Shown piece by piece: positions 39,859 to 50,161 of a stretch of DNA of 64,000 nt; positions within the stretch are counted from its first letter, which is position 1; every line of letters begins with the position of its first letter. The stretch comes from Bacilli bacterium (GTDB lineage: Bacteria > Bacillota_I > Bacilli_A > RFN20 > UBA1709). The position numbers were made by a program, and so were the translations under genes. The stretch is taken from positions 768,001 through 832,000 of the forward strand of contig JBMNFL010000001.1 in the NCBI GenBank assembly GCA_050949315.1, in the 5' to 3' direction. The notes below the pieces were generated by a model. That model did not search any database, had not been told where the DNA came from, and saw only the letters and a list, made by a program, of their open reading frames with translations.

Positions 39859-42279
39859 TTAGGGCAAAGACTTCTTAATATGCCAACTGTTAATTAAATA
39901 GACAATTAAACTAATACCAATAGTTACCAACAACATCGTTAAGGGAATAGAAGGATCAAGGCTTAATAAGTCGCCATCAATCTCTAACAGTTTTTGAAAA
40001 CTCACATTTACAATTTTAGCTAGAAATAAGAAGGCAAAACTTGCAATAATGGCCGTAAATAAAGCGCGCAACAAAACAAGCGCCAGCATAATCTTATTTA
40101 TATCTTTATTCCTAAATCCCTTATTAGAAAGCAATTCAAATTGCTTTTCATAATCGATAATTTCTAAATAACTCAAGACCAAAATAGAGGCAAAAGCAAT
40201 AATAAGATTAAGCAGAACCAAAAGATAAAAACCCCAATTAATTTTATTTAAAACGGAGTCTAAAGTTGTATAGATTTCATCCAATAGACTATAAATTTCG
40301 TAATCGCTAAAAAGCAATTTTAGGTTTTTAATTGTCTCTTGAATCTTTTGAGAATCGGCCATCAAAAGATAACTTTGAACCTCAAGTTCTTCGGAATTTT
40401 GAAAGTTTTCTTGATAGAAAAAGGAGTACCAAATTGGAAACTGGTAAAGCGAAAAAGTATCTGTATTATCAGCGATTCCTGAAATCGTTAAAGTTAAAGG
40501 AACATCATTATAGATAAGTTCTATTTCTTGACCGACTTCATTTAAATCTAACTGTAATTCTAAAGCCAGTTTTTGGGAAATTATAACTTCCTCGCTCTTG
40601 GGTTGAGGAAGTGAACCAATAAGTAAAGTTGGAAAGTGATAATCAAAATAAACAAGCTCATTTAGTTGGGTTTCATCTTTACGGACAAAGGAACTATTAA
40701 CAAAGTAGAAAAGCCCCTTGTAGTTATTTAACCAAAAATTATTTTCATTAAAATAAATTGGTATAACATCATCAACATAATCACTGAGCTCTTCGGCTTT
40801 AACAATTTTGCTTGAAGCTTTTTTAATAAAACTTGGGTTAGCGTTTTGATTGAAGTAACAGTAATTATTTATCGATAAATATTCTTTTTCTTCAGTGGAT
40901 AAAGTCTTGTCAAAACAGATTTTATAATCTAAATCATCACCTAAAAATTGGTGATTCCAAAGAGGGTTAGAATGTAAAATAGTGAAGTTTGGATAATCGT
41001 AACTTGCTAAAAAATCTTCTATTAGAATTATTTTATCAAGACCATTGCCGCGAATATTAAGGAAGAATTGATTGTTTTCTGCAAACTCAGCAAAGTCATC
41101 TTCGGCTAAGATTTCCATTAGATAGTCCTCACCAAAACCATCGTAAGTAAGGATAATATGATCATCATCTAACAGTCTAGTTGTGGTTACTACTGGACCA
41201 GTAAAGGAAGCCTGATTGACTCCGTTTAAAATAAACTCTTCGTCACTATTATCTTCAAAGGTTAAACTGATTTCAAAGTTTTCCATTAAATTATATGCAT
41301 AATATAAATCTAAATTAGGTAGGTCTATATTTATCTGTGAAACAGTTTCGTAATCAAGATCTTCTAAACTTCGGTTATTACTGAAGTAAATAATATCGGT
41401 ATTATTGGCAGCGTTTATCTGATTTCTAAAGAAAGAGGAAAAACCTGAAGTCAAAGAAAGAGAAAGTCCCAGAAATAGCAGTCCAGTTATAAAAGAACCA
41501 ATAAAAATTGAGGTTTTCCTAGCTTCAGCTTTTAAAAGTTTATTAGCAAAACCTAAAGCCTTGCTAAACTTAATATGGTTTTTTCTTTCGGTAGGAGCGT
41601 AGCTGCTTTGTTCTTTGACGCGCCCTTTATAATTCTTTTTGATTTTTCCATCTTTGATTTCAAGAATATCAGTTGCGTATTTTTTGGCGATTTCTTCATC
41701 GTGAGTCACAAAAATAAAGATTTTATCCTGAGCGATTGAACAGAGATAATTCATGACTAAGCTCGCATTTTCATAATCAAGGGAAGCAGTTGCCTCATCG
41801 GCTAAGATTATTTTGGCGTTTTTATAAATTTCTCTTAAAATACTGACTCTTTGCTTCTCGCCACCTGATAGCTTATTGACTTTTTTAGTCTTTTTGACAT
41901 TGAGATTAAATAAATTCAAATCATAATCGTTGAATTCAAAATCTAATAAATTATTAATTTTAAGATTATTAATAACACTTAGTTTTTCAAAATGAGGGGC
42001 ATTTTGTTTAATATAAATTATTTCATTTTGTTTAAAGTTGGCCAACTCATCAGGAGAGAAGGATTTTAAATCAAAATCATTAAACTGAACAACGCCTTCA
42101 TAGTTTAGATCAAAGCCTGCCAAGATATTTAAAAGGGTGGATTTACCAGAACCTGAAGGCCCAACAATGGCGTAACGATGTGAACTTTCAAAGCGCAGAT
42201 TGAGGTTCTTTAGGATTTTTTGTTCCTGTTCCTTTTGTTTATAACTTTTATTTAACTTTTTAACTTCTAGTCTATTCAT
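39859..42279 (-). CDS. MacB-like ABC transporter, ATPase-permease fusion
   Basis: GPSGSGKST, LSGGEKQR, ADEATASLD, VTHD; one TM, large extracellular domain, FtsX-type C-terminal TMs. Confidence 0.85.
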   Translation of the reverse strand: MNRLEVKKLNKSYKQKEQEQKILKNLNLRFESSHRYAIVGPSGSGKSTLLNILAGFDLNYEGVVQFNDFDLKSFSPDELANFKQNEIIYIKQNAPHFEKLSVINNLKINNLLDFEFNDYDLNLFNLNVKKTKKVNKLSGGEKQRVSILREIYKNAKIILADEATASLDYENASLVMNYLCSIAQDKIFIFVTHDEEIAKKYATDILEIKDGKIKKNYKGRVKEQSSYAPTERKNHIKFSKALGFANKLLKAEARKTSIFIGSFITGLLFLGLSLSLTSGFSSFFRNQINAANNTDIIYFSNNRSLEDLDYETVSQINIDLPNLDLYYAYNLMENFEISLTFEDNSDEEFILNGVNQASFTGPVVTTTRLLDDDHIILTYDGFGEDYLMEILAEDDFAEFAENNQFFLNIRGNGLDKIILIEDFLASYDYPNFTILHSNPLWNHQFLGDDLDYKICFDKTLSTEEKEYLSINNYCYFNQNANPSFIKKASSKIVKAEELSDYVDDVIPIYFNENNFWLNNYKGLFYFVNSSFVRKDETQLNELVYFDYHFPTLLIGSLPQPKSEEVIISQKLALELQLDLNEVGQEIELIYNDVPLTLTISGIADNTDTFSLYQFPIWYSFFYQENFQNSEELEVQSYLLMADSQKIQETIKNLKLLFSDYEIYSLLDEIYTTLDSVLNKINWGFYLLVLLNLIIAFASILVLSYLEIIDYEKQFELLSNKGFRNKDINKIMLALVLLRALFTAIIASFAFLFLAKIVNVSFQKLLEIDGDLLSLDPSIPLTMLLVTIGISLIVYLINSWHIKKSLP

Positions 42280-44233
42280 CTTTAAGGACCTCCCCAAGCG
42301 CCTTCTTTTGACAGCGGCGAATCGCAGGCGTGATTGCCAAAATAGCGGCCATTAAGGAAACAAAAAGACAAGTTACTAGTCCGCGACTACTAAAAGGTAA
42401 TAAATTAAAGGCCCAAGTCTGATCAAAAAGAGAAGGAGTTAAAGAAAAGAGCAAGCGACTGGCAAAAAAGGTTGCTAGTAAACTAAAGAAAAGGGCAGCA
42501 CCAGTTAATAAACTAGCTTCACTTAAGCCTAGCAAAAAAATCTCCTCATTACTTAAGCCAAAGGTTTTAAGTAGGGCGATTTCCTGAGATCGCTCCTTAA
42601 GGATATAGGTTAAGACTAAACTCAGTAAACTTAAGGTACAAAGGAAGATCATAATTAGACAAAAGATTAAAATCTTAGTGAAAGAATCTAATAACGAAGA
42701 AAAAGCTGATCGCAAAATTACAGTTGAATTATCAAAAATAAAATATTGATCCTCTTTAAATTCATAAGCCTCATAAAGATTGTGCATATTGGGATAGTTT
42801 TCAATAAGTTTATAAGCACTTTCAAAATCAGAGGTTATCTTAACAAGTAAGGGCAGAGGGACAATTTCTTGTTCCTTGAAGAAATAATTCTTAAAATCGG
42901 TAGGTAAGATTGAAATAAAATAACTGTTGTCTAAATAAATTTTAGCTTGATTATAACTACTCCCTTCATCGATGGTGGCGGCAATAGTAAAACTTTTATC
43001 AAGATTTAAGGTAGAGGCCAAGATAAAAGAGTCATATCTTATATGAATAGTTTCAGCTTCAGCACACTTTTTAGCAAAGCAACTATTAATTAAAGCTGTC
43101 TCTTTTTTGGGGGTAGAGCTTAAACCGAGTAAGCCTAATTGATATTTATTTAAAAGTGTATAATCAATAAAGCTGACAGAGTAATTAAAGTTTATTTTAG
43201 TTTCATCAACAAAAAAGGCTTCCAGCATAAAGTTATTGATAAGAAAGTTTAAATTATAGTATTGATAATAATGAACATTATTACTTTTAAGATAAGTTTC
43301 AAGTTCTAAGGGGACAGTTTTTTCTTTATTATTTTCATAGTAAGAAAAGCTCACGTATTTCGCATCAAGTTTATTGTTTTTTAGACAAGCAAGATAGGTA
43401 TTAGCTCCTTCACTTAAACCAAAAGTAAACATAATGCCGAGTAAACAAATCGCAAAAAGCAAGAAAACACTGATAATGCCTTTTTTTCGTTTCTTGTAGG
43501 AAATAAGGGTTTGTTTAAATAAAGTTAAGAAACCTAGAGGTTTAAGATAATGATTGATTGGCGCTTGTTCAAGGCCTAAGGGTTCTTCTAAAAATTCTTC
43601 CTTACACACTCCTGATTGTTCTAGATAAATAATGCGAGTGGCGTATTTTCTAGCCAGTTTTTCATCATGGGTTGCAAAAATGATTAAGCGACCTTCGGAA
43701 TTGTTCTTTAAAAGATCCATTATCATTTCCGCATTGCCAGAATCTAAGTGCCCAGTTGGTTCATCAGCTAAAAGTACCTTATTTTCTCTAAGCAAAGTTC
43801 TAGCAATAGCTACCCGTTGTTGTTCGCCGCCCGATAATTCATCAGGATAAGCATTGATTTTGTCGGCAATGCCTAATTTTTCTAATAGGGCGCAAGAAAA
43901 CTCTTTCTTAGTTTTATGTTTTAATAATGCTAAATCAAGATTTTGTTGAACAGTAAAATAAGGGATTAGGTGAAAATGCTGATAAATGAAGCCAAAAAGA
44001 TTAGCAAGATAAATTCTACGCTGGCGTTTTTTTATCTTCTTGTCATTAATTAAAAGGTGACCCTTATCACATTTTTCTTGCAGTCCAATAATTTCTAAAA
44101 GAGTGGTTTTGCCACAGCCACTAGGACCAAGTATAGCCACGAATTCATTTAAATTAAAAAGAAGAGTAACATCTTTTAAAACATTAACACTTCCATAACT
44201 CTTAGTAATGCCTGATAATTCAAGAAATGCCAT
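42272..44233 (-). CDS. MacB-like ABC transporter, ATPase-permease fusion
   Basis: GPSGCGKTT, LSGGEQQRVAIAR, DEPTGHLD, ERSQEIALLKTFG. Confidence 0.88.
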   Translation of the reverse strand: MAFLELSGITKSYGSVNVLKDVTLLFNLNEFVAILGPSGCGKTTLLEIIGLQEKCDKGHLLINDKKIKKRQRRIYLANLFGFIYQHFHLIPYFTVQQNLDLALLKHKTKKEFSCALLEKLGIADKINAYPDELSGGEQQRVAIARTLLRENKVLLADEPTGHLDSGNAEMIMDLLKNNSEGRLIIFATHDEKLARKYATRIIYLEQSGVCKEEFLEEPLGLEQAPINHYLKPLGFLTLFKQTLISYKKRKKGIISVFLLFAICLLGIMFTFGLSEGANTYLACLKNNKLDAKYVSFSYYENNKEKTVPLELETYLKSNNVHYYQYYNLNFLINNFMLEAFFVDETKINFNYSVSFIDYTLLNKYQLGLLGLSSTPKKETALINSCFAKKCAEAETIHIRYDSFILASTLNLDKSFTIAATIDEGSSYNQAKIYLDNSYFISILPTDFKNYFFKEQEIVPLPLLVKITSDFESAYKLIENYPNMHNLYEAYEFKEDQYFIFDNSTVILRSAFSSLLDSFTKILIFCLIMIFLCTLSLLSLVLTYILKERSQEIALLKTFGLSNEEIFLLGLSEASLLTGAALFFSLLATFFASRLLFSLTPSLFDQTWAFNLLPFSSRGLVTCLFVSLMAAILAITPAIRRCQKKALGEVLKDE

Positions 44234-44324
44234 CTAATCGCCTCCCAGCAATTAAAATAGCCACTGAACTACCTGCTATTTAGTTGTGTTTTAATTATAA
44301 AGGAAGTTTAAGTATAAATGCAAC

Positions 44325-44345
44325 AAAAAAGGGACTTGGTCCCTA
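44325..44345 (-). terminator. parB terminator
   Basis: AGGGAC-CAA-GTCCCT followed by T-run on minus strand. Confidence 0.6.
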
Positions 44346-45191
44346 TTTGTCTTTCATAATTTTAGCAAGAATTTCGTCAAGCTCTTCTTGTGATTTGTAT
44401 TTGATTTTAATTTCGCCTTTAGCAACTTGAACTTGAGCATCTAGTTTTTGACCCAGGGCTCGTTCTTTTTGTTTGATAGGACTTAGTTGTCGAGATTTAG
44501 GTCTTGTTTTTCCTGCACTCACAAGACGCTCGGTTTCCCTAACATTGAGCCCAGCCCTTTGTATTTGCTCAATATAAGCCAAGGCCTCTTCTTCCTCTAA
44601 ACCGATAAGAGTCCGTACATGACCAACGCTTAAATTTTGTTTTTCAAGTTCTTTTTGTACTCGGATAGGGAGTGTTCTTAAACGTAAAATATTAGCGATA
44701 TAAGGACGAGATTTCCCGACTTTTTTGGCCAGTTGTTCTTGGGTGCAATTGTATTTTTTCTGTAGTTCAGCATAGGCCCGAGCCTCTTCAAGAGGGGAGA
44801 GATTTTCTCTTTGAATATTTTCAATCAAGGCAATCTCACTCATCTGTAGGTCATCAAATTCTTGAACGATGGCGGGGATGCTGGTTTTATTAGCTAATTT
44901 AGAAGCTCTAAAGCGCCGTTCGCCTGCGACTATTTCATATTTATTAGCCCTTCTACGAACAAGAATGGGTGTTAAAATACCGTGCTCTTTAATTGAATCC
45001 GCCAGCTCTTGTAAAGCTATAGGATCAAAATTTTGACGTGGCTGAAAGGGGTTAGGCACAATTTGATCTAAAGGGATTAATAACTGGGCCAAACTTTTAT
45101 CTTTTTGCAGCAATTCAACTGAAGTTAAAAGCGACTCATCTTTTAAGAGGTCACTTAAACTTCTGCCGAGTTTTTCGTTACTTTTTTTCAT
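44343..45191 (-). CDS. parB: Chromosome partitioning protein ParB/Spo0J
   Basis: PNPFQPRQ.F, IVAGERRFRA, ENIQRENLSPLEEA, HTH. Confidence 0.95.
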   Translation of the reverse strand: MKKSNEKLGRSLSDLLKDESLLTSVELLQKDKSLAQLLIPLDQIVPNPFQPRQNFDPIALQELADSIKEHGILTPILVRRRANKYEIVAGERRFRASKLANKTSIPAIVQEFDDLQMSEIALIENIQRENLSPLEEARAYAELQKKYNCTQEQLAKKVGKSRPYIANILRLRTLPIRVQKELEKQNLSVGHVRTLIGLEEEEALAYIEQIQRAGLNVRETERLVSAGKTRPKSRQLSPIKQKERALGQKLDAQVQVAKGEIKIKYKSQEELDEILAKIMKDK

Positions 45192-45942
45192 TTCTTATCA
45201 CATCTCTTGCTACTTCTAAATAGGCTTTCGCGCCCGAGGCTTTGATATCATATTCAATGATACTTTTACCACGGCTTGAGGCTTCGACTAAACGAATATT
45301 GCGGGGAATCCCCACTGAATAGACCTTGTCTTTAAAGGTTTGCCTTACATCTTGTTGGACCTCGTTAGCAAACTTGGTGCGGAAGTCACACATGGTTAAT
45401 AAAACACCCTCGATTTGAATATTGGGATTTTCACTTTGTTGGAGTTTATGAATGTTATTTAAAAGCATAACAATACCTTCCATGGAGTAATACTCACACT
45501 GCATGGGGATTAAAACACTATCAGCCGCGACTAAAGCATTGAGGCTTAAGACACCTAAAGAAGGCGGACAATCAATAAAGATAAAATCATATTTGTGCTT
45601 AACTTTAACTAGTTGTTTTTTAAGTAGGCGATAACGCTCAATAGAGGCGTATTCAATATCAATGCTTGCTAGATCAATGGATCCTGGGATTAAGGATAAT
45701 TTAGGAAGACCAGTTTTAACGATGGCTTTTTCTAATTCGCTTTGTTCAGTTAAGACCTTATAGAGATTGGTATCAAATTGGGTAGCATCAAAACCAACAC
45801 CTCTAGTTGAGTTGCTTTGGGGATCAATATCAACTAAAAGAACCTTTTTGCCTAGGTAGGCAATAGAGGCCGATAAATTAATAGCGGTTGTTGTTTTTCC
45901 AACGCCGCCCTTTTGGTTAGCGATAGCAATAATTTTTCCCAT
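45178..45942 (-). CDS. parA: Chromosome partitioning ATPase ParA/Soj
   Basis: NQKGGVGKTTT, DIDPQSN, IDCPPSLG, QCEYY. Confidence 0.95.
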   Translation of the reverse strand: MGKIIAIANQKGGVGKTTTAINLSASIAYLGKKVLLVDIDPQSNSTRGVGFDATQFDTNLYKVLTEQSELEKAIVKTGLPKLSLIPGSIDLASIDIEYASIERYRLLKKQLVKVKHKYDFIFIDCPPSLGVLSLNALVAADSVLIPMQCEYYSMEGIVMLLNNIHKLQQSENPNIQIEGVLLTMCDFRTKFANEVQQDVRQTFKDKVYSVGIPRNIRLVEASSRGKSIIEYDIKASGAKAYLEVARDVIRNEKK

Positions 45943-45951
45943 TTTTACTCC

Positions 45952-46638
45952 TTATAACGACTGCTTTTTTATTTTAGCATAATTTCTAGGATATTTTAAG
46001 CCATGGTCTTTTTCTTTGATAAAGTAAAGATTGCAGCGTTTACTTTGTTCGCTTGGAAGCAGGTATTCTTCTTTATTTATGAGTTTGTAACCCAAAGTAT
46101 CTATGGCTTTTTTAGCCTTTACTAATTCTTCTTGATACTTTGCTCCCTTCATGGCGATTAATATGCCGCCTTTTTTAACCAAGTTACAGCAGAGTTCTAA
46201 CAGAATATTTAAAGGGGCGAGACCACGAGCTAAGACATAATCAAAGGTTTTATCATATTCTTCAGCTCTTGCTACGACTGTTTGAATTTGTAAGTTAATC
46301 TTTTTGGATAAACTTTGGACGAAATCAATTTTACGGGCAGTGGAATCAAGAATGGTTAAATCTAAATCGGGTTTCACGATTTTCAAAGGTAAACCAGGAA
46401 ATCCCCCTCCTGAGCCAACATCAAGCACCGAACCTTTTAACTCCTGTTTAAAAAGAAGACTTAAAGAATCATAAAAGTGTTTTTCATAAACTTCTTCTTC
46501 GCTCGTTAGGGAAGTGAGATTATATTTTTGATTTTCGCTTATCAAAAAATAGTAATAGAATTCAAACTGATTTATCTGTTGACTATTAAGTTTGATGTTT
46601 TGTTTTTCTAATTCTTGGATGAAAGATAATTTATCCAT
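45952..46638 (-). CDS. rsmG: 16S rRNA m7G527 methyltransferase
   Basis: NLTS, KHFYDSL, DVGSGGGFPGLPL, YPR. Confidence 0.94.
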   Translation of the reverse strand: MDKLSFIQELEKQNIKLNSQQINQFEFYYYFLISENQKYNLTSLTSEEEVYEKHFYDSLSLLFKQELKGSVLDVGSGGGFPGLPLKIVKPDLDLTILDSTARKIDFVQSLSKKINLQIQTVVARAEEYDKTFDYVLARGLAPLNILLELCCNLVKKGGILIAMKGAKYQEELVKAKKAIDTLGYKLINKEEYLLPSEQSKRCNLYFIKEKDHGLKYPRNYAKIKKQSL

Positions 46639-48499
46639 TGTTTGCCTCCTTTGTCCTTAGATGGATTAAAAGGATGGTGATATCGCTAGGATTAACTCCA
46701 GAAATCCTTGAGGCTTGTCCAAGGTTAAGGGGCTTAACTTTATTAAGTTTTTGACAGGCTTCTGAGGCAAGATTAGGGATGAGATTGTAATCTTGTTCAG
46801 GATCCAAACTTAAGCTTTCTAGTTTTAATAATTCCTGAACGGTTTCTTCTTGTTTTTTAAGATAACCGGCATATTTCGTTTGAATTTCAACTTCTTGAAC
46901 AACCTCGTCGGAATATTTTTTCTTCAGTTTTAAATAATCTTCAAGTAAGGAAAATTTTAAAAATGGTCGCTTAAGTAAGTCATGGGCTGAAGCGCTACCG
47001 TCGATGGGACTTAAATCATTTTCTATCAATCTTTTGTTAATGGGGTGTTTAAAACTAAAATGGGTCTTTTTTAAAATGTTTTGTAATTCTTCAATGTCGT
47101 GTTTCTTTTGTAATAAGAAAGTATATTGTTCTTGGGAGATTAGACCAACTTGATAGCCATATTCTCTAAGTCGTAGATCGGCATTGTTATGTCTTAGAAG
47201 CAAACGATATTCGGAACGCGAGGTTAACAAGCGATAAGGCTCATTTGTTCCTTTGGTTGTTAAATCATCGATCATTAAGCCGATATAAGACTCATCACGC
47301 CTTAAAATAAAGGGCTTTTTTCCTTGGAGTTTAAGACAGGCATTAATTCCCGCCATTAAGCCTTGACCGGCGGCTTCTTCATAACCACTAGTACCATTTA
47401 TTTGCCCGGCACAGAAAAGGTTAACAATCTTTTTGCTCTCTAAAGTGGGTTTAAGCTCTAAAGGGTTGATACAGTCATATTCAATAGCATAGGCGTACTT
47501 TAAAATCTCACAATTTTCAAAGCCGGGTAAGGAATAAATCATTTTCTTTTGAATCTCTTCAGGCATTGAAGTTGAAAAGCCTTGTAAGTATACGGTATTT
47601 AAACGTTTAGATTCGGGTTCGACAAACAATTGATGCCGTTCTTTATCGGCAAATTTAACAATTTTATCCTCTACGGAGGGGCAGTATCTAGGACCAATGC
47701 CAGTAACAAGTCCACCATACATGGCAGAGGACTCTAGATTTTGACGGATGATTTCATGGGTTTTTGGTGTCGTGTGGATTAAGTAACACAAAGACTGCTC
47801 TTCTAAAGGTATAAAGGAAGTCGTTGAATAGGAGAAAGCCAAATTACCAGGACTGCCTGGTTCGAGTTTCATCTTAGAAAAATCAATAGTATCGGCTTTG
47901 ATTCTTGGTGGAGTCCCGGTTTTAAAACGGCGAATCTCTAAACCATGCTCGGCTAGCGATTTAGATAGGCCATAGGCGTATCTTTGGCCATCAGGACCGC
48001 TTTTAATACTTGTATGGCCTCGTAAAATACTAGCTTCAAGATAAGTGCCAGTTGTTAGGATAGTAATGCGTCCTAAAAGTTTAGTACCGTCTTCTAAAAC
48101 GACACCAAGACAGCGATTATTCTCAACAATGATGGCGGTGACCATGGCTTCTTTGACCTCTAAATTAGGGGTAGAAAGGCAAAGGTTTTTCATATAGTCA
48201 ACATAAGCCAGTTTATCAGATTGGCAGCGTAAACAACGCACACCAGGTCCTTTTTTGGTGTTCAATATCTTCATTTGCAAATAAGTGGCATCGGCGGCTT
48301 TAGCCATCTCTCCACCTAAAGCGTCAATTTCTCTAACCACCACCCCTTTAGCGGGACCGCCTATTGAGGGATTACAAGGAAGACTAGCGATATTATTGAT
48401 ATCAAGTGTTAGTAAGCATACTTTAAAGCCAAGTCTAACACCTGCTAAAGCGGCTTCAATTCCCGCATGACCAGCACCAACGACAATTAAATCAAACAT
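46631..48499 (-). CDS. mnmG: tRNA uridine 5-carboxymethylaminomethyl modification enzyme
   Basis: GAGHAG.EAA, CNPSIGG, FKTGTPPR, GPRYCPS.EDK, GQINGTSGYEEAA. Confidence 0.97.
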   Translation of the reverse strand: MFDLIVVGAGHAGIEAALAGVRLGFKVCLLTLDINNIASLPCNPSIGGPAKGVVVREIDALGGEMAKAADATYLQMKILNTKKGPGVRCLRCQSDKLAYVDYMKNLCLSTPNLEVKEAMVTAIIVENNRCLGVVLEDGTKLLGRITILTTGTYLEASILRGHTSIKSGPDGQRYAYGLSKSLAEHGLEIRRFKTGTPPRIKADTIDFSKMKLEPGSPGNLAFSYSTTSFIPLEEQSLCYLIHTTPKTHEIIRQNLESSAMYGGLVTGIGPRYCPSVEDKIVKFADKERHQLFVEPESKRLNTVYLQGFSTSMPEEIQKKMIYSLPGFENCEILKYAYAIEYDCINPLELKPTLESKKIVNLFCAGQINGTSGYEEAAGQGLMAGINACLKLQGKKPFILRRDESYIGLMIDDLTTKGTNEPYRLLTSRSEYRLLLRHNNADLRLREYGYQVGLISQEQYTFLLQKKHDIEELQNILKKTHFSFKHPINKRLIENDLSPIDGSASAHDLLKRPFLKFSLLEDYLKLKKKYSDEVVQEVEIQTKYAGYLKKQEETVQELLKLESLSLDPEQDYNLIPNLASEACQKLNKVKPLNLGQASRISGVNPSDITILLIHLRTKEANNG

Positions 48500-48503
48500 G
48501 CAA

Positions 48504-50087
48504 TTATCCCTTCATCTTACTTTGGATATATTCGCTTTCGATTTTGGGGTCAAGGCGCGGGAAAAGAACAGAGGTTTTGTTGACCATTTTGTTAGCAACG
48601 GTTTGATAATCTAACATGGAGTCGTAGCTAGTGTCTTCAACACCCAAAAAATTAAAGACCTTCGGTGTTGCTTCTACCAAGATGGGACTAAGCATAATAG
48701 TTGCTTCTTTAATAAGCAGGGCTAGATGGACTAAAACGGAATCTAATTCCGCCTTTTTGCTTAGGTCTTTAGCCAAAACCCAGGGTTGAGTCTCATCAAT
48801 ATATTTATTGCCTTTAGACAAAAGTTCAAAGGCCTCTTTAATGGCATCGGTAATATAGAATTTATCCATATAATATTCGTAATTCTTTTTGGCTTTTTGA
48901 CAGGCTTCTTCTAGTTTTTGATCAAATTCAGTAATTGGGCCGGCATATTTAGGAGTCAAGCCAGCACAATATTTATTAATCATGGCCACACTGCGATTGA
49001 CTAAATTGCCATAGTTGTTAACTAAATCATTATTAAAGTTATTGATGAAAAGTTCAGGGGTAAAAAGACCGTCATCCCCAAAGACAATGCAATTAACAGA
49101 AAAATAACGCAAAGAATCTAGTCCATAACGCGAGATTAAATCTTCAGGATAAACAACATTGCCCTTGGATTTAGCCATGCGGCCATCTTTCATCATTATC
49201 CAGCCGTGACCATAGATTTTAGAAGGAAGATCAAGACCCAAGGCTAACAGCATTATAGGCCAATAGATACAATGGAAACGGGTGATCTCTTTACCCACCA
49301 CATGCAGAATCTCGTGATTTTCATCATTATGCCAAAACTTTTTAAATAGACTTTCATCAGAACTGTTATAGCCAAGGGCGTTAATATAGTTTGATAAGGC
49401 ATCAATCCAAACATAGACAACATGCCTTGGGTCTTCTAAAACAGGAACACCCCAACTAAAAGAGGTTCTTGAGACACAGAGATCTTCAAGACCAGGTTTA
49501 ATAAAGTTGTTGACTAACTCATTACGTCTGGCTATTGGTTCAATAAAATCTGGGTGTTTGTCATAATGCTCAAGCAGTTGATCAACATATTTAGACATTT
49601 TAAAAAAGTAAGACTCTTCCTGCTCTAAATGAACAGGACGGCCACAATCAGGGCAGAGTTTATTTTCACCAATTTGGGTATCGGTCCAGAAAGACTCACA
49701 AGGAGTGCAGTACCAACCCTGATATTTTGATTTATAGATATCATCGTTTTTAATAAAGGTGGAAAAGATTTTTTGAACGCTTTGGACATGGTTTTCATCA
49801 GTAGTCCGAATAAAATAATCATAATCAATTTTTAATAAGCGCCAAAGATCCTTACAGTTTTCAACTAGATCATCAGCGTATTTTTTAGGAGTTAAACCTA
49901 ATTCATGGGCTTTTTCTTGGACCTTTTGTCCGTGTTCATCGGTTCCGGTAACGAAGAAAACATCGTAATTACGCATCCTTTTATAACGGGCAATCACATC
50001 GCAAGTAATCGTTGTGTAAGAATGTCCAATCGTTAAACGCCCCGAAGTGTAATAAATGGGGGTAGAGACAAAAAAAGTCTTTTTCAT
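48504..50087 (-). CDS. metG: Methionine--tRNA ligase (short form)
   Basis: TPIYY, TGTDEHGQK, zinc knuckle, YVWIDAL.NY, MAKSKGN. Confidence 0.95.
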   Translation of the reverse strand: MKKTFFVSTPIYYTSGRLTIGHSYTTITCDVIARYKRMRNYDVFFVTGTDEHGQKVQEKAHELGLTPKKYADDLVENCKDLWRLLKIDYDYFIRTTDENHVQSVQKIFSTFIKNDDIYKSKYQGWYCTPCESFWTDTQIGENKLCPDCGRPVHLEQEESYFFKMSKYVDQLLEHYDKHPDFIEPIARRNELVNNFIKPGLEDLCVSRTSFSWGVPVLEDPRHVVYVWIDALSNYINALGYNSSDESLFKKFWHNDENHEILHVVGKEITRFHCIYWPIMLLALGLDLPSKIYGHGWIMMKDGRMAKSKGNVVYPEDLISRYGLDSLRYFSVNCIVFGDDGLFTPELFINNFNNDLVNNYGNLVNRSVAMINKYCAGLTPKYAGPITEFDQKLEEACQKAKKNYEYYMDKFYITDAIKEAFELLSKGNKYIDETQPWVLAKDLSKKAELDSVLVHLALLIKEATIMLSPILVEATPKVFNFLGVEDTSYDSMLDYQTVANKMVNKTSVLFPRLDPKIESEYIQSKMKG

Positions 50088-50161
50088 GTTTATCAACTCC
50101 TAAGAGTTAATTATAGCATCATATAATTAAAAAAAGATAGAAAATTTCTATCTCTATCTTT

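Noticed and set aside
44343-48499. Replication origin or parS near mnmG-rsmG-parA-parB
   Set aside because: No dnaA/dnaN, no DnaA-box cluster, and no convincing TGTTNCACGTGAAACA palindrome found by eye.
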